Assembly (NCBI GenBank): GCA_963802615.1
Contig: CAWDKC010000021.1
Location: forward strand, 1-64,000
Source: an uncultured Alphaproteobacteria bacterium
GTDB taxonomy: Bacteria > Pseudomonadota > Alphaproteobacteria > Rhizobiales > Beijerinckiaceae
Reading direction: 5' to 3'
DNA: 64,000 nt
Below are positions 62,950 to 64,000 of this stretch, piece by piece. Position 1 is the stretch's first letter; every line of letters starts with the position of its first letter. The position numbers and the translations under genes were made by a program. The notes under the pieces are model-generated. The model saw only the letters and a list, made by a program, of their open reading frames with translations, made no database searches and was not told the DNA's origin.

Positions 62950-63444
62950 GGGGACGGAAGAGCGCGCGTCGTCCGTCGCGCTCGGCGGCAATGTCGGCGA
63001 CAAGGCGAACAACCTGCGCCGGGCTTTGCGCGCGATCGCGGCCGAGCAGGGCGTCGAACTGACGGCGGTCTCCCGCCTCTACCGCACCGCGCCCTGGGGC
63101 AAGACCGACCAGGACTGGTTCGTCAACGCCTGCGCGCTTGGCGCGGACGACGCCTCGAGCCCGAGGCGCTGCTCGAACGCGTCAAGAGGCTTGAGGTCGA
63201 GCTCGGCCGCGAGCCCGCGGAGCGATGGGGGCCGCGGGTCATCGACATCGACCTCATCGCCTACGGCGACGTCACCCTCAAGACCGAACGGCTGACCCTG
63301 CCTCATCCCGAACTGTTCAACCGGGCCTTCGTCCTGGTCCCGCTGGCCGAGATCGCGCCCGATCTCGTGATCGCGGGCGTTCGGATCGGCGAGGCGGCGG
63401 CGCGGCTCGGGGCCGAAGCGGACGAGATCGTGCCGCTCGACTGA
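62950..63444 (+). CDS. folK: 2-amino-4-hydroxy-6-hydroxymethyldihydropteridine pyrophosphokinase, frame break near 63150; start uncertain
   Basis: VALGGNVGDKANNL..SRLYRTAPWG (ORF 62828..63295) then RVIDIDLIAYGD..LPHPELFNRAFVLVPLAEIAP (ORF 62455..63444). Confidence 0.8.
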   Translation, partial: GDGRARVVRRARRQCRRQGEQPAPGFARDRGRAGRRTDGGLPPLPHRALGQDRPGLVRQRLRAWRGRRLEPEALLERVKRLEVELGREPAERWGPRVIDIDLIAYGDVTLKTERLTLPHPELFNRAFVLVPLAEIAPDLVIAGVRIGEAAARLGAEADEIVPLD

Positions 63445-63552
63445 CCGGGCGCCGGTTCAATTCGTGCTGGCTCCGGCCTCCCGAACCCCATTAGACTGGC
63501 GCCGAACGCTCCGTTTGGCCGATTTTCCTCGTGCCCATGGATCGAACAGCCT

Positions 63553-64000
63553 ATGTCCGCCTGGTCGCAAACCTTCACCTTTCTCGATGGCGAATGGCTC
63601 GAAGGCAATCACCCGATCGTCGGCGCCGCGCACGCACGCCTTCTGGCTGGGCACGAGCGTGTTCGACGGCGCGCGCGCCTTCGAAGGGGTGACGCCCGAT
63701 CTCGACAAGCATTGCGCGCGGCTCAACCGCTCCGCCAAGGCCATGTGCCTCAAGCCGACGATGAGCGTCGAGGCGATGCTCGGTCTCACGCGCGAGGGGA
63801 TCGGAAAATTCAAGCCGGGCGCGGAACTCTATATCCGCCCGATGTACTGGGCCGAGCACAACTCGCCTCACTCCTCGGTCTCGCCCGACGCCGAATTCGA
63901 CCCGCTTCTGCCTCTGCCTCTACGAGGCGCCCCTGCCTCAGCTGACCGGCGTATCGATCACCCGCTCGCCCTACGCCAAGCCGCTCGCCATCACCATGCC
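63553..64000 (+). CDS. class IV aminotransferase (branched-chain/D-amino-acid aminotransferase-like), partial at window edge, frame breaks
   Basis: MSAWSQTFTFLDGEWLEGNHPIVGAAHA.. then FWLGTSVFDGARAFEGVTPDLDKHCARLNRSAKAMCLKPT in another frame. Confidence 0.65.

Overview
This is a GC-rich (alphaproteobacterial-type) chromosomal segment with PEP-CTERM proteins, an extensin-like lipoprotein and yajC-secD-secF synteny. Bases 1-9.5 kb are an IS graveyard: two IS630-family elements, an IS1182-family element, an IS5/IS427-type element and two tandem IS110 copies, abutting each other and a truncated phage-type integrase. Bases 9.5-25 kb hold accessory metabolism: a GntR regulator with FAH, alpha/beta hydrolase and amidohydrolase genes, a Liv-type ABC importer, a split Tm-1-like (UPF0261 + PEP-hydrolase-like) pair, a flotillin, and tandem SRPBCC genes with a quinone-oxidoreductase domain. 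Next come an acyl-CoA synthetase, a CHAD protein, a PEP-CTERM protein, a NicO-DUF1007 pair, and a type III polyketide synthase cluster (PKS, ICMT-like methyltransferase, MFS exporter) behind a 630-bp AT-richer leader. The final 28 kb is mostly housekeeping (nadD, prfA, an ABC-F ATPase, mscS, aqpZ, yajC-secD-secF, a second Liv-type transporter, an OFA-type MFS, pitA, an M20 peptidase, folP-folK). It also contains a MITE-like IS1182 derivative and two short gene remnants. The main caveat is that some 45 single-nucleotide frame breaks interrupt otherwise well-conserved genes, including essential ones (prfA, secD, folP, folK). These look like uncorrected assembly indels rather than biology, so most 'frameshifted' calls are probably intact genes. 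No CRISPR array, rRNA or tRNA was recognised. Coordinates obtained by counting bases in the printed sequence (rather than taken from the ORF track) may be off by a base or two.
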